Shown in pieces: positions 20,567 to 31,014 of a stretch of DNA of 64,000 bases; within the stretch, counting starts at the first letter, position 1; every line of letters starts with the position of its first letter. Under the pieces are notes generated by a model. The model saw only the letters and a program-made list of their open reading frames with translations. It searched no databases and had not been told where the DNA came from. This DNA is from a virus. Taxonomy: Duplodnaviria > Caudoviricetes. The stretch spans positions 1,258 to 65,257 of the IMG/VR virus record IMGVR_UViG_3300021368_002114; one strand, given 5' to 3'. The position numbers were made by a program, and so were the translations under genes.

Positions 20567-21090
20567 TGGCATTTACAAGACAATATAAATCATTTCTAAG
20601 ACCAGAGAAGAGAATACCTCGTTCTCAAATAAGACCTAGAAACATTTATCGTATCACAACTTATCGTGGTGGAGACCCTGCAACAAGAAGTGGGGAAGAT
20701 GCTAGATATATTTTTGTGATTGGTATTGTTGGTAATAAAGTTCATGCAATTAAACTGAATCCAATTCAACCTATTCATTTTACTAACTTTATAGGTAAGT
20801 TAAGAGATAGGAGAATACCAATAGGTTCAGACCAAGCACTAGAACTTTTACTAAAAAGGTTCTCTAAAGATGGTAGTTCTTTATTTGAATCTCATATTAA
20901 GAATAATTCTAAATTATATTCTAGACAATTGGCTAATTACAGAACATATATTCTTAACAGTATTGTAAATGTATATGAAATTAGATTTGAAGAAGATGTA
21001 CTTAGAAGATTATTTGGAGAACCAGGTACAACATCAACTCGTAGACAGGTAATTCAAGATGAAGTAAACGAAGATAGTGATGACGATTAG
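20566..21090 (+). CDS. Hypothetical basic protein
   Basis: Coupled ORF; function not recognised. Confidence 0.65.
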   Translation: MAFTRQYKSFLRPEKRIPRSQIRPRNIYRITTYRGGDPATRSGEDARYIFVIGIVGNKVHAIKLNPIQPIHFTNFIGKLRDRRIPIGSDQALELLLKRFSKDGSSLFESHIKNNSKLYSRQLANYRTYILNSIVNVYEIRFEEDVLRRLFGEPGTTSTRRQVIQDEVNEDSDDD

Positions 21091-21700
21091 TTACGGAATA
21101 ACAGTACATAATGAATTAGAAGAGTTAACTAAATTGTTAGATTTTCTAAATAATAATATAAGAGAAGAAGATGAAATTGTAATTCAGTATGATGAAGGTG
21201 GTGTTACACCTGAGGTACTAGAGTTTCTAAAAATCAAAAAACAAATTCATGGTTATACTGTGATTGGATTCCCTCTTAATAAAGATTTTGCATCTTATAA
21301 AAATAATCTTAAGAAACATTGTACTAAAGATTATATATTTCAAATAGATGCAGATGAGATTCCACACGAAGTTATGATTAATTATCTGCCACAGGTGTTA
21401 GCAGATAATCCAGTTGATATAATATTCGTACCAAGAGTAAATACAGTTAATGGATTATCCCAAGAACATATTGAAAAATGGAGATGGAACGTAAATGAAA
21501 AAGGTTGGGTTAATTGGCCTGATTACCAAACAAGAATTTACAGAAATACCGAAGATGTAACTTGGATGAACAAGGTACATGAAAAAATTACAGGCTATGA
21601 TACTTTCTCAAACTTCCCAGCTGAAGAACATTGGGCACTGTATCATCCAAAGGAAATAGATAGACAAGAAAAACAAAATCAATTTTACGAAACAATTTAA
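21077..21700 (+). CDS. GT2-like glycosyltransferase
   Basis: ITVHNE, IFQIDADE, WPDYQTRIY, VHE. Confidence 0.85.
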   Translation: MMTISYGITVHNELEELTKLLDFLNNNIREEDEIVIQYDEGGVTPEVLEFLKIKKQIHGYTVIGFPLNKDFASYKNNLKKHCTKDYIFQIDADEIPHEVMINYLPQVLADNPVDIIFVPRVNTVNGLSQEHIEKWRWNVNEKGWVNWPDYQTRIYRNTEDVTWMNKVHEKITGYDTFSNFPAEEHWALYHPKEIDRQEKQNQFYETI

Positions 21701-21701
21701 T

Positions 21702-22004
21702 ATGGAAGGAACATTTATACCACTAGGGGATAGAGTATTAATAAAACCTAGTAAAAAAGAAGAATCTAAAACAAAAAGCGGAATTATATTAACTGATTCA
21801 TCTACTCAAGGAAAAAAAGTTTATGGAGAGGTTATAGAAGTTGGAACAGGTATATTCTCTCAAAGTGGAGAAAGAATTCCCATGACCGTAAAAAGGGGAG
21901 ATACTGTTATGTATGAAAAAGGCCAAGGAACTAATGAAATAGAAATTGGTACAGAAAAGTTTTTATTGTTTAACGAACATCAATTAATAGGAATAGTAAA
22001 ATGA
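21702..22004 (+). CDS. groES: Co-chaperonin GroES
   Basis: PLGDRVLI, KTKSGIIL mobile loop, GEVIEVGTG, VKRGDTV. Confidence 0.93.
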   Translation: MEGTFIPLGDRVLIKPSKKEESKTKSGIILTDSSTQGKKVYGEVIEVGTGIFSQSGERIPMTVKRGDTVMYEKGQGTNEIEIGTEKFLLFNEHQLIGIVK

Positions 22005-22852
22005 AAATATTAGTAACTGGAGGAGCTGGTTTTATAGGAACTAACCTCATAAAAAGATTATTAAAAGAAGGTCATGAAGTAGTATCACTTGATGATTATG
22101 AAACAGGTACAGAAGATAACCATGTAGATGGAGCATCTTATGTTAATGGTGATATAGATTCTCTTACTTATTGGAAAGGTGAATCATTTGATTTAGTATA
22201 TCACTTAGCTGCACTTAGTAGAATACAACCATCATTCGATGACCCTACTGAATGTTTTAGAGTAAATGCACAAGGTTCACAAGTTGTAGCTGATTGGGCA
22301 AGATTAAATAATATAAAGGTAGTTTATGCGGGTTCATCTTCTAGGTGGCATGACCCATTTCAATCACCTTATGCTTGTTTTAAGCATATGGGAGAAGAAG
22401 TATTCAAACTTTATAGAAAAGCTTACAACTTAGATGTAGAGATTTGTAGATTCTACAATGTATATGGACCAGATGAAATCATCGAAGGTGATTGGGCAGC
22501 AGTGATTGGTATATGGAGGAGACAAGTTAGAGATAATCAACCAATAACAATAATTGGTGATGGAGAACAAAGAAGAGATTTCACTCATGTAGTTGATATC
22601 GTAGATGCATTATACAAAGTAGGTATGGGTGACCAAAAACACGAAGATGCTTGGGAACTTGGAACTGGTACAAACTATTCAATCAATGAAGTATTTGGAA
22701 TGTTTTTAGAAAAATATCCACAAATAGAATCAGTTTACTTACCAGACCAACCAGGTAATTACAGAAAAACTCTAAGAGAAAATGATGATACATTAGAGAG
22801 ATTAGATTGGAAACCAGAAGATAGATTAAGAGAATATATTCAATCACTATGA
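22001..22852 (+). CDS. NAD-dependent nucleotide-sugar epimerase/dehydratase
   Basis: TGGAGFIG, HLAA, YACFK (YxxxK), RFYNVYGP, RDFTHV. Confidence 0.92.
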   Translation: MKILVTGGAGFIGTNLIKRLLKEGHEVVSLDDYETGTEDNHVDGASYVNGDIDSLTYWKGESFDLVYHLAALSRIQPSFDDPTECFRVNAQGSQVVADWARLNNIKVVYAGSSSRWHDPFQSPYACFKHMGEEVFKLYRKAYNLDVEICRFYNVYGPDEIIEGDWAAVIGIWRRQVRDNQPITIIGDGEQRRDFTHVVDIVDALYKVGMGDQKHEDAWELGTGTNYSINEVFGMFLEKYPQIESVYLPDQPGNYRKTLRENDDTLERLDWKPEDRLREYIQSL

Positions 22853-23682
22853 TAGGAATAGTAGGGCAGGGATTTGTAGGTAATGCCGTTTATCAGAAGT
22901 TTAGTAAATATTATGATGTTTTAACAAATGATTTAGATAAGAATAAATCAACAGCAACATTACAAGATTTAATATCTTCTTGTGAAACTATTTTCTTATG
23001 TTTACCAACACCAATGAAACCAGATGGTAGTTGTGATTTATCTATACTTGAAAACGTATTACAAGAAATAGATTTGATTGTAGATAACTACGAGACAAAA
23101 AGAACTATTGTAATAAAATCAACGATAATTCCTGGTACAACTAAAAAATGGAATGAAACATATGAATCTCTAAATATAGTTTTTAATCCTGAGTTTCTTA
23201 CAGAAAGAAACGCAGTGAAGGATTATGATAATCAGAAGAGAATTATATTAGGAGGCCCAAGGCCTACCACAACAGAATTAAAACAAATATTTTCAAAAGT
23301 ATTTCCAAAAGCAACAATAATCAAAACCGATTCTACTCATGCTGAAATGGTAAAGTATTTAACTAATACATTCCTTTCAACTAAAGTATCATTCGCAAAT
23401 GAGATATATCAGTTGTGTGATAAACTTGATATTGATTATGATAAGGTTGTTGAATATGCAACTTATGATGAAAGATTAGGAAAATCTCATTGGGGAGTTC
23501 CTGGCCATGATGGTGATTTTGGTTTTGGTGGACATTGTTTTCCAAAAGATTTAGCAGCATTACTTCATCTTACAATTAAAATGGGTACTATAAATAATGT
23601 TTTACTTGCCACTTCTAATACAAATGATGAGGTAAGAAAAAATAGAGATTGGGAACAAATGAAAGGAAGAGCCGTATCGTGA
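22849..23682 (+). CDS. ugd: UDP-glucose 6-dehydrogenase family protein (short form)
   Basis: GQGFVG, LPTP, KST, FNPEFL, AEMVKY..N, GFGGHCFPKD; only 277 aa. Confidence 0.8.
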   Translation: MIGIVGQGFVGNAVYQKFSKYYDVLTNDLDKNKSTATLQDLISSCETIFLCLPTPMKPDGSCDLSILENVLQEIDLIVDNYETKRTIVIKSTIIPGTTKKWNETYESLNIVFNPEFLTERNAVKDYDNQKRIILGGPRPTTTELKQIFSKVFPKATIIKTDSTHAEMVKYLTNTFLSTKVSFANEIYQLCDKLDIDYDKVVEYATYDERLGKSHWGVPGHDGDFGFGGHCFPKDLAALLHLTIKMGTINNVLLATSNTNDEVRKNRDWEQMKGRAVS

Positions 23683-24566
23683 AAATAACATTTATTTATG
23701 CTTACGAAAATGAAGAATGGTCAACCCCACTATCCTTGGCAAAAGAGTTTCAATCTCAAGGTTGGGAAGTAGAGTTTGTATCGATAGGTTCAAATAGATT
23801 ACAGAATTGGAATGATTCTAAAATAAAAGATTGGATAGATTCAAAACCAAAAACAGATATTGTTTTGTTTATGGATTGGGGAAGATTTGATTCACCTCTT
23901 TTAGATAAAAATTTAGTTGATGCATTTTGGGTACAAGAAAGTGGAGATGACCCACAGAACTTTGAAAGAAATTATCCTAAATCAGAAAGATTTCATGTAA
24001 CTCTTTCACCTGATTTTGAATCAACAACAGAATACAGAAAAAGAAACCAAGATGCTCATTGGTGGACACATTTTGCTGATACAAGAACCCAATATCCGAT
24101 TGATATAGAGCCTGAGTATGTTGCTGTAACAACACGAGGATTGGGTAATTCTGAATTTTTAGATATAGTCACACAACATGGGGGAGGAACAATTGGTAAT
24201 CAAAATGGATTTGGACCAAAAGAACATACTGAATTTCTTAACAAAGGATTAATGGTTATTCAGAACTCAAGATGGGGTGAGGTAACTCGTAGAATTTTTG
24301 AAGGAATGGCTTGTGGTAAAATGATTTTATGTGATAGATTACACGAAAACAAAAAACTACATGATTTATTTACAGATGGTGAGGATATAGTTTACTATGA
24401 TGATATGATTGATTGTATTACTAAAATGAATAAATACAACGAAGATGATGCTGAAAGAAATCGTATAGCACAGAATGGATATAAAAAGGTTTTAGAAAAT
24501 CATACTCAAAAACAAAGAGTAGAATTTGTAATAAAAAAATATAAAGAATGGAAAAATTACCAATAA
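23679..24566 (+). CDS. GT-B glycosyltransferase (CgeB / Glyco_trans_1_2-like)
   Basis: RRIFEGMACG, LFTDGEDIVYY, RIAQNGY...HT..QR; GTG start overlapping the previous stop. Confidence 0.8.
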   Translation: MKITFIYAYENEEWSTPLSLAKEFQSQGWEVEFVSIGSNRLQNWNDSKIKDWIDSKPKTDIVLFMDWGRFDSPLLDKNLVDAFWVQESGDDPQNFERNYPKSERFHVTLSPDFESTTEYRKRNQDAHWWTHFADTRTQYPIDIEPEYVAVTTRGLGNSEFLDIVTQHGGGTIGNQNGFGPKEHTEFLNKGLMVIQNSRWGEVTRRIFEGMACGKMILCDRLHENKKLHDLFTDGEDIVYYDDMIDCITKMNKYNEDDAERNRIAQNGYKKVLENHTQKQRVEFVIKKYKEWKNYQ

Positions 24567-25357
24567 GTATCGGAATATTAGGATGGAATAGTAATAATTC
24601 ATCCTTACCAAATACATTATTTTCTTATCTAAGAAATGAATTTTTTGATGTAACTGATGATATTACTATCTTTTTTCAAGAGTTAAAAGAAGAAGATAAA
24701 AAGTTAGCCAAATATTTCAACTTAAATTATATTGGTGATTCAGAAAATGTTGGAATTGCAAAAGCATTCAATGCCTTAGTAAACAATGCTAAGTATGAAA
24801 ACTTTCTTATACTAGAACATGACTGGTATTTACAAGAAAATGCAGAAACAGTATTCAAAAGAATCAAATCTTCTATAAAGTTATTAGATGAGGGATATGA
24901 TTGTATAAAGATGAGAAGTATGACTAGACCAGGTTTTACAGATTTTTCAGTAATAAGATATTTAGATAATCCTTTGGAATATTTTGATGAAGAATTACAA
25001 TTACCATATCCTCATTTGTTAGATGCTTGTCATGTTTATAAAGATATACATAAAATGTATCCTGAAATGATACAACAGATACATGATGGTGATTGTATGT
25101 ATTATACATCATCTAGTAGATATGGAAACTATACAAATAACCCTTGTATTTACAAAACTAAATTCTTTAAGGAAATACTTGAAAGATTTTTAGGAGATAC
25201 TGATTCCCTCGAAGGTTTAATTTCAAGATGGTGGGCTCATCAAAACTATAAAGTTGCTCATTCAGAAGGATTGTTTACTCATTTCGATGTTGTAAAATAT
25301 GCTCCATATTGGGATACTATAAATTATTATACAAAAGAAAAAGGAATATTAAAATAA
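24548..25357 (+). CDS. GT-A-like glycosyltransferase
   Basis: NVGIAKAFN, LILEHDW; context in the glycosylation island. Confidence 0.6.
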   Translation: MEKLPISIGILGWNSNNSSLPNTLFSYLRNEFFDVTDDITIFFQELKEEDKKLAKYFNLNYIGDSENVGIAKAFNALVNNAKYENFLILEHDWYLQENAETVFKRIKSSIKLLDEGYDCIKMRSMTRPGFTDFSVIRYLDNPLEYFDEELQLPYPHLLDACHVYKDIHKMYPEMIQQIHDGDCMYYTSSSRYGNYTNNPCIYKTKFFKEILERFLGDTDSLEGLISRWWAHQNYKVAHSEGLFTHFDVVKYAPYWDTINYYTKEKGILK

Positions 25358-26044
25358 ATGGATATACAAAACAATTTTTCAGTACACTATCAAACTTGGA
25401 AGAATAAAGATGCCGTTAAAAAAGTTTTAACTGATTTTAGAAACCACTTTCCCACCAATCCTATAAGATTGGTTTCTGATAATGGGGCAGATTATAAAGA
25501 TTTTGTTGATACTTTTGAAGTAGTATATGAATTCCAAAACTCAAATGTTTTTCCTGGTGGTAAGTTTGGAGATATATCTCATTGTTATGAGTGGTTGGAT
25601 AGATTAAATTCAACTTGTCAAATGTTTGATACTGATTGGGTTGTGATATTTGAAGATGATGTTCTTACAAAAAATAGTAATATCCAATTCCCTAATTCAG
25701 ATTCAGGTGGAGTGTATGTGCATCCATGGAAACAACCATTAACCGATAAGTTAAAAGAAAGAAATACTTCAAATAAAAATTGGGGATATGGAATGTGTGG
25801 AGGTTCTATTTTTAGAAGGCAATCTTTTTTAGATTCCTATAATAAAATAAACGAATTCCCATTAGAAGAATTATCTAAATTAGATGATAGAATTGTTGGG
25901 TGGTCTGATACTCTTATTAATTGTTTCCTACAATACTTTGGATATAGTTATGAAGTTTGGAGTGGTATGGATGATATGTTATATCCAAATTGGAAACCAA
26001 AAGAAGATACTATTTTTCTTCATGGTTATAAAGAATTATATTAA
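25358..26044 (+). CDS. GT-A-like glycosyltransferase
   Basis: VSDNG, IFEDDV, GGSIF, late HGYK. Confidence 0.6.
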   Translation: MDIQNNFSVHYQTWKNKDAVKKVLTDFRNHFPTNPIRLVSDNGADYKDFVDTFEVVYEFQNSNVFPGGKFGDISHCYEWLDRLNSTCQMFDTDWVVIFEDDVLTKNSNIQFPNSDSGGVYVHPWKQPLTDKLKERNTSNKNWGYGMCGGSIFRRQSFLDSYNKINEFPLEELSKLDDRIVGWSDTLINCFLQYFGYSYEVWSGMDDMLYPNWKPKEDTIFLHGYKELY

Positions 26045-27126
26045 TGTACGATTATTTAATAGTTGGTAGTGGATTTTTTGGTTCAATATGTGCAAGAGAA
26101 CTTACCGATAGTGGTAAGAAAGTTTGTGTAATTGAAAACAGAAACCACATTGGTGGTAATTGTTATACATCTAAACGAAATGGAATAAACGTACACGATT
26201 ACGGCCCACATATATTTCATACTTCAAATGAAGAAGTTTGGAAGTGGATTAACCAATATGTAGATTTCAATGATTTTACATTAAGACCCGTAGCAAACTA
26301 CCAAGGTGAGATTTATTCTTTACCTTTTAATATGTGGACATTCTCTAAATTATGGGGAATCACTCACCCATATCAAGCAAAAGAAATTATAGAAGAACAA
26401 TCTAAACATATAAAAGACCCAAAAAACTTAGAAGAACAAGCAATTAAACTTGTTGGTAAAGATGTATATGAAAAGTTAATCAAAGGATATACAGAAAAAC
26501 AATGGAGGAAAGATGCAAAGGATTTACCAAAAGAAATAATCAAACGATTACCTGTACGATTTAATTATGATAATAATTACTTCAACGATAAGTACCAAGG
26601 TATTCCAATCGGTGGATATACTCAGATATTTGAAAAACTTTTAGATGGAATAGAAGTAAAATTAGAAACTGATTTTTTCAAATCAGAATTACCAAAGTAT
26701 AAGAAAGTAATTTATACAGGACCAATTGATAAATACTTTGATTATAAATTTGGTGAGTTAGAATATAAAACAACTAACTTTGAACACAAAAAAATGGATA
26801 CTGATAATTATCAAGGAGTTGTAATGATGAACTATACAGAAAAGAATGTTCCTTTTACAAGAACAATAGAACACAAACACTTTGAAAATGTAGAATCAGA
26901 TTCAACTTGGGTAACTTGGGAGTTTCCAACTGAATATAAAGCAGATGAAACTGAACCATATTATCCAGTCAATGATAAAGAAAATACTAAAATATACAAC
27001 AAATATAAAAAACTAGCTGATAAAGAAAAGAATGTTTACTTTGGTGGTAGATTAGCAGAATACAAATACTATGATATGCACAAAGTAATTGAATCCGCAC
27101 TAAATTTTGTTAATGATATAAAATGA
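26044..27126 (+). CDS. glf: UDP-galactopyranose mutase
   Basis: IVGSGFFG, HIGGNCY, YGPHIFHT, YQGIP, EPYYPVN, GRLAEYKYYDM. Confidence 0.96.
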   Translation: MYDYLIVGSGFFGSICARELTDSGKKVCVIENRNHIGGNCYTSKRNGINVHDYGPHIFHTSNEEVWKWINQYVDFNDFTLRPVANYQGEIYSLPFNMWTFSKLWGITHPYQAKEIIEEQSKHIKDPKNLEEQAIKLVGKDVYEKLIKGYTEKQWRKDAKDLPKEIIKRLPVRFNYDNNYFNDKYQGIPIGGYTQIFEKLLDGIEVKLETDFFKSELPKYKKVIYTGPIDKYFDYKFGELEYKTTNFEHKKMDTDNYQGVVMMNYTEKNVPFTRTIEHKHFENVESDSTWVTWEFPTEYKADETEPYYPVNDKENTKIYNKYKKLADKEKNVYFGGRLAEYKYYDMHKVIESALNFVNDIK

Positions 27127-27899
27127 AAAAAATAAGGATAAATTGTGAATTTGGTTCTGAGCTTGTTTTCAAAGTAGCTGAGGTATATCATGAATGGAAA
27201 AAAGATTCTAAAATAGAATTACATACTTTTAAGGGTATGGCTCCTTTTTATTTTTATATGAATAAAAATGATATTATAGAAAAAGATGTTAAAAGAGGAT
27301 TGGGTTCACCATTTGGAGTAAAATTACACGCCAAGGAACTGCCTTCATATTGTAATGAATACCCAAACTTTAAGGAAAAGTATTCAACTTATAAATTACC
27401 TTTTGAAACTGATAGAGAAATAATTTTAATCAGTAACAAATATAATGTAGAGTGGAATAACCCACCAATAAATTTTTTAGATATACCAACATTAACTGAA
27501 TTATTCGAAACTCTTAGTAAAAAATATTTAGTTGTTTATAATAGAATTCAAAGTTCACAAATAGCTGATGATGGTGCTGCAATAAAAGATTTAGGTGATT
27601 ATGAATTGGTAGAGAAATATGATAATGTTATTGATTTCAACAAAATAGAATCAGATTATACTCCAAATGAATTACAACTAATATTAGTTTCACAAGCAAA
27701 ACATAAAATATCTGTACAAGGTGGTACAAGTATTTTATCAAGTTTAGGTGGAGGAACAAATGATATTTTTGTGGTAAAGGGTGGAGAGTTAGAACATGAT
27801 ACGATGAATCTTTGGTACAAGAATTTATCAAATGGTGATATTAAAATTACAACACATTCCACATACGAAACGTTAATAGAAAAGTGCAGAACAATATGA
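27123..27899 (+). CDS. Hypothetical protein, possibly glycosyltransferase-related
   Basis: Coupled ORF in the glycosylation island; ISVQGG motif. Confidence 0.5.
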   Translation: MKKIRINCEFGSELVFKVAEVYHEWKKDSKIELHTFKGMAPFYFYMNKNDIIEKDVKRGLGSPFGVKLHAKELPSYCNEYPNFKEKYSTYKLPFETDREIILISNKYNVEWNNPPINFLDIPTLTELFETLSKKYLVVYNRIQSSQIADDGAAIKDLGDYELVEKYDNVIDFNKIESDYTPNELQLILVSQAKHKISVQGGTSILSSLGGGTNDIFVVKGGELEHDTMNLWYKNLSNGDIKITTHSTYETLIEKCRTI

Positions 27900-28690
27900 G
27901 TAGAGGATATCTATTTTACGCAATAGGAGATTATTGGTTAGATGAAGCAATAAATCTATCTAAGAGTATCAGAAAGTTTGGTAATGATGGTTATCCAATA
28001 TCATTAGTAGTTAAAGAAGATGGAATTGAACGAGCTAATAATACACAATTATTTGATAAGTTAATTATATTAAATGAAGATAGTGAGTTATTTACAAAAA
28101 CAAAATTAAATCATGAAAGGTATGGTGTTATCGCATCGTTCTTTATGTTCGATATTGCACCTTATGATGAAACAATGATTATTGATACAGATGTACTATG
28201 TTTATCTGATACAAAAATAGCATGGGAAAAGTTAACATCTAAAGACCAATGTTTCACACCTGTTGGTAGAAACATTTCACCCGATTGGCACTTTGGTTAT
28301 AATAAAAAACTTATTCAAGATTTAGGATTTAATATACCAGAAACTCACAATGGATGTCAAGTGATAAAACCAAATCACAAAGATGTTCCGAAGTTTGTAG
28401 AACATCTTTTATATAGTTGGGATAATTATGATAAATTAGGATTCCAAAGAAAATTCAGAGGTGGAGCTTGTCAAGAAATTAACTTTGGATATGCAAGTGG
28501 TAAAATGAATTATAAGGTAATTGAGTTTAGTAAAGAACCTGTAATGACTTTTAATATAGGTTTAGATACAAAAATACCAACAAGAATACAAACACTTGAT
28601 AATACTGAATTGTATGATAATATACCATTCATTCATATGTTCAAACCACACAGAAACACTTATTTAGAATTAGTTAAAAGATTATTATGA
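27896..28690 (+). CDS. GT-A (GT8-like) glycosyltransferase
   Basis: LSKSIR, IIDTDV (DxD), FIHMF; ATGA-coupled start. Confidence 0.6.
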   Translation: MSRGYLFYAIGDYWLDEAINLSKSIRKFGNDGYPISLVVKEDGIERANNTQLFDKLIILNEDSELFTKTKLNHERYGVIASFFMFDIAPYDETMIIDTDVLCLSDTKIAWEKLTSKDQCFTPVGRNISPDWHFGYNKKLIQDLGFNIPETHNGCQVIKPNHKDVPKFVEHLLYSWDNYDKLGFQRKFRGGACQEINFGYASGKMNYKVIEFSKEPVMTFNIGLDTKIPTRIQTLDNTELYDNIPFIHMFKPHRNTYLELVKRLL

Positions 28691-29481
28691 TTATACTTGG
28701 ATGTATTACAAAATATAAACCAGAGGATATAAGGCCTTATGTAGAATCCATTGAACAGACTGAGTTCAATGGTAAAAAAATAATGATGGTATATGAAGTA
28801 CCACAAGAAACAATTGATTATCTTAAATCTAAAAATTGGGAAATATATGGTGGTAACTTAAATCAACATATAATTCTTCAAAGATTTATTGATATCTATA
28901 AACTATTAGAATCGTTTCCAAATGAAATTATAATTTGGACAGATGTTAAGGATGTAATATTTCAGAAAGACCCTACATCTTGGATTGAACAAAATAAGAA
29001 AAAACCTATACTTTCATTTTCAGAATGTGTTACATTCAAAGATGATGAATGGGCTTGTGTAAATAGTGGAACTTCTTTTCCTATGGAATGGGAGTGGTTA
29101 CAACATCTACCTTCTTATTGTGCAGGAACTATCGTGGGAGATTCCGAATATTTAAGAGATTTATTTATAAACATTTATAGATGGAGCTTAACAACATCGA
29201 ATCAAGAACAACTTTCAGACCAAGCTGCATATAATGTATTAATTAATCAAACTCAATATAAAGATATTGTACAGACGGTAGAACAAGAGGAAGGATTTGC
29301 AACTCAACTTGGAACTGTTTGGATGAAAAAAGACCACTTTGGGGATAAATTACTAGAACCAACTCCAAAATTAGAAATTGATGGCAAGTTTGTAAATCAA
29401 AAAGGAGATACTTTTGTAATAGTTCATCAGTACGATAGAGAAAAAAGTATAAAAGAGCTTATAGAAAAAAAATATAAATGA
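28687..29481 (+). CDS. GT-A-like glycosyltransferase
   Basis: TDVKDVIFQKDP, CAGTIVG, DQAAYN, VHQYDR. Confidence 0.65.
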   Translation: MIILGCITKYKPEDIRPYVESIEQTEFNGKKIMMVYEVPQETIDYLKSKNWEIYGGNLNQHIILQRFIDIYKLLESFPNEIIIWTDVKDVIFQKDPTSWIEQNKKKPILSFSECVTFKDDEWACVNSGTSFPMEWEWLQHLPSYCAGTIVGDSEYLRDLFINIYRWSLTTSNQEQLSDQAAYNVLINQTQYKDIVQTVEQEEGFATQLGTVWMKKDHFGDKLLEPTPKLEIDGKFVNQKGDTFVIVHQYDREKSIKELIEKKYK

Positions 29482-30368
29482 AGATAGTAATATCAATATT
29501 TTGTTTACCTTACGAAATTGATGAATTAGAGAATACTATAAATCAATTAAAAAAGGCATCTTATTACCTTACTAATAAACAAGTAGAATGGTATCTTGAT
29601 GTTACTATGTGTACTTCAAATGATATGGTAAATTGGGGTAAATCATCCTTACCTAAAAAATTCTTTGAAGAAAAATTGATGAAGATATCCACTAGTACAG
29701 ATTGGTGTGTCAAATATTTTAGAACATCGGATGATATAAAAGGGTGTGTATCACAGAGAAGAGAATCTATAAAAAATCATAAAGATGCTCATTATTTTAT
29801 TTGGTTAGATACTGATATTATATTTGATGAAAGAACTCTTTCCTATGTAGAAAACTCTATAATTGGTATCAAAGATATTCCTTATTCTATAATAACTCCT
29901 GAACTTGTGAGAATTTGGGATAATACTTGGGATATTTTGGTAAATAAAAATTATATAAAACAAAAAGTTGGATATCAAAAAATAGCAGACCCATACGAAT
30001 GTAGTGGATTAAAAGGAGATGTATCATTAGAAAGAGTAGAAAATACTTCTTCACCACAATCTAGATTCAAATTTGCAGGTGGGTGGTTTACTTGCATTAG
30101 TGCATCTCTATTGAATCGAGTAGGAATACCTGAATCATTTGGTCACTATGGATATGAAGATACATTTATAATGATTGCTTGTGAAAAGTTAGTTAGAATT
30201 GGTGAGGATATCCAACAATTCAAATTGAAAAATCTAGTAGTTTGTGAAAACTACAAGTATAGAAATAATTCCCATTACATAAATAATATTTCAGTATATG
30301 ATAGAAGAGAAGAATTCAAAAAACTTGGATACGATTCTTTTAATGATGAAATTCAAAAAATTATTTAG
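29478..30368 (+). CDS. GT2-like glycosyltransferase
   Basis: WLDTDI, GGWF, GYEDTF. Confidence 0.65.
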   Translation: MKIVISIFCLPYEIDELENTINQLKKASYYLTNKQVEWYLDVTMCTSNDMVNWGKSSLPKKFFEEKLMKISTSTDWCVKYFRTSDDIKGCVSQRRESIKNHKDAHYFIWLDTDIIFDERTLSYVENSIIGIKDIPYSIITPELVRIWDNTWDILVNKNYIKQKVGYQKIADPYECSGLKGDVSLERVENTSSPQSRFKFAGGWFTCISASLLNRVGIPESFGHYGYEDTFIMIACEKLVRIGEDIQQFKLKNLVVCENYKYRNNSHYINNISVYDRREEFKKLGYDSFNDEIQKII

Positions 30369-30399
30369 TATAAAATACTCACTTTTCTTGTAACTGGAT

Positions 30400-30408
30400 A
30401 TATTTATA
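30400..30408 (+). promoter_or_regulatory. Putative late promoter heading the secreted-protein operon
   Basis: ATATTTATA about 100 nt upstream of TTG 30511. Confidence 0.5.
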
Positions 30409-30510
30409 GGAAATGTGTTATAGAAACTTGTTACTTCATTAGTTTCAAAAATTAGTTTTATTTATTGGTTTTACAAATAAGTTATGGTAATCTAAGAAAA
30501 GGAGATTACT

Positions 30511-31014
30511 TTGAAAAAATTTGTACACAATCTCTTGTTTGGGTTAACGTTGATTCTGTTATGTTCTACACTACAATCATCCAATCCCACACAAGATAAC
30601 ACTATCTCAATCGGAGAGGTAACCAACGAAATCAGAGTTGGACCTTTTGCGGGCAATCCCTCTATGGCCTATGGAGTTCGAAATATCTTAGAAGAACTCT
30701 TAATGGATTTAGACTACGACTTATCAGACAATTCAGAAACGAAAATCAACGTAAGGTTAGTATTTTTCGATGTAAAAAATATAGGTAAATCAATTGGTAT
30801 TTACCACAATAAAGTATCACTAACTCAGATTATAGCAATCGGTGAGTTAGAAAAAAATGGTAAAGTAAAGAAGAGAACTACTCAAAAAGGACAGAGTAAA
30901 GAAATCTCTACTTCTACTTTAGTGGTTGCATCTGATGGACAATTTAATCAACAAACGGCTTCTAACTCATTAAAAAAAGTATTAGAGGCAATTATTAAGG
31001 ACTTATTAAAATGA
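30511..31014 (+). CDS. Secreted CsgG/TolB-N-like alpha/beta protein
   Basis: Signal peptide; ISIGEVTNE, helix GVRNILEELL, beta-hairpin, C-terminal helix SLKKVLEAII parallel the layout of 34426..35142. TTG start with AGGAG. Confidence 0.45.
   Translation: MKKFVHNLLFGLTLILLCSTLQSSNPTQDNTISIGEVTNEIRVGPFAGNPSMAYGVRNILEELLMDLDYDLSDNSETKINVRLVFFDVKNIGKSIGIYHNKVSLTQIIAIGELEKNGKVKKRTTQKGQSKEISTSTLVVASDGQFNQQTASNSLKKVLEAIIKDLLK

Noticed and set aside
20566-21090. T4 gp2-like DNA end-protector assignment
   Set aside because: Resemblance too faint to support without a profile search.
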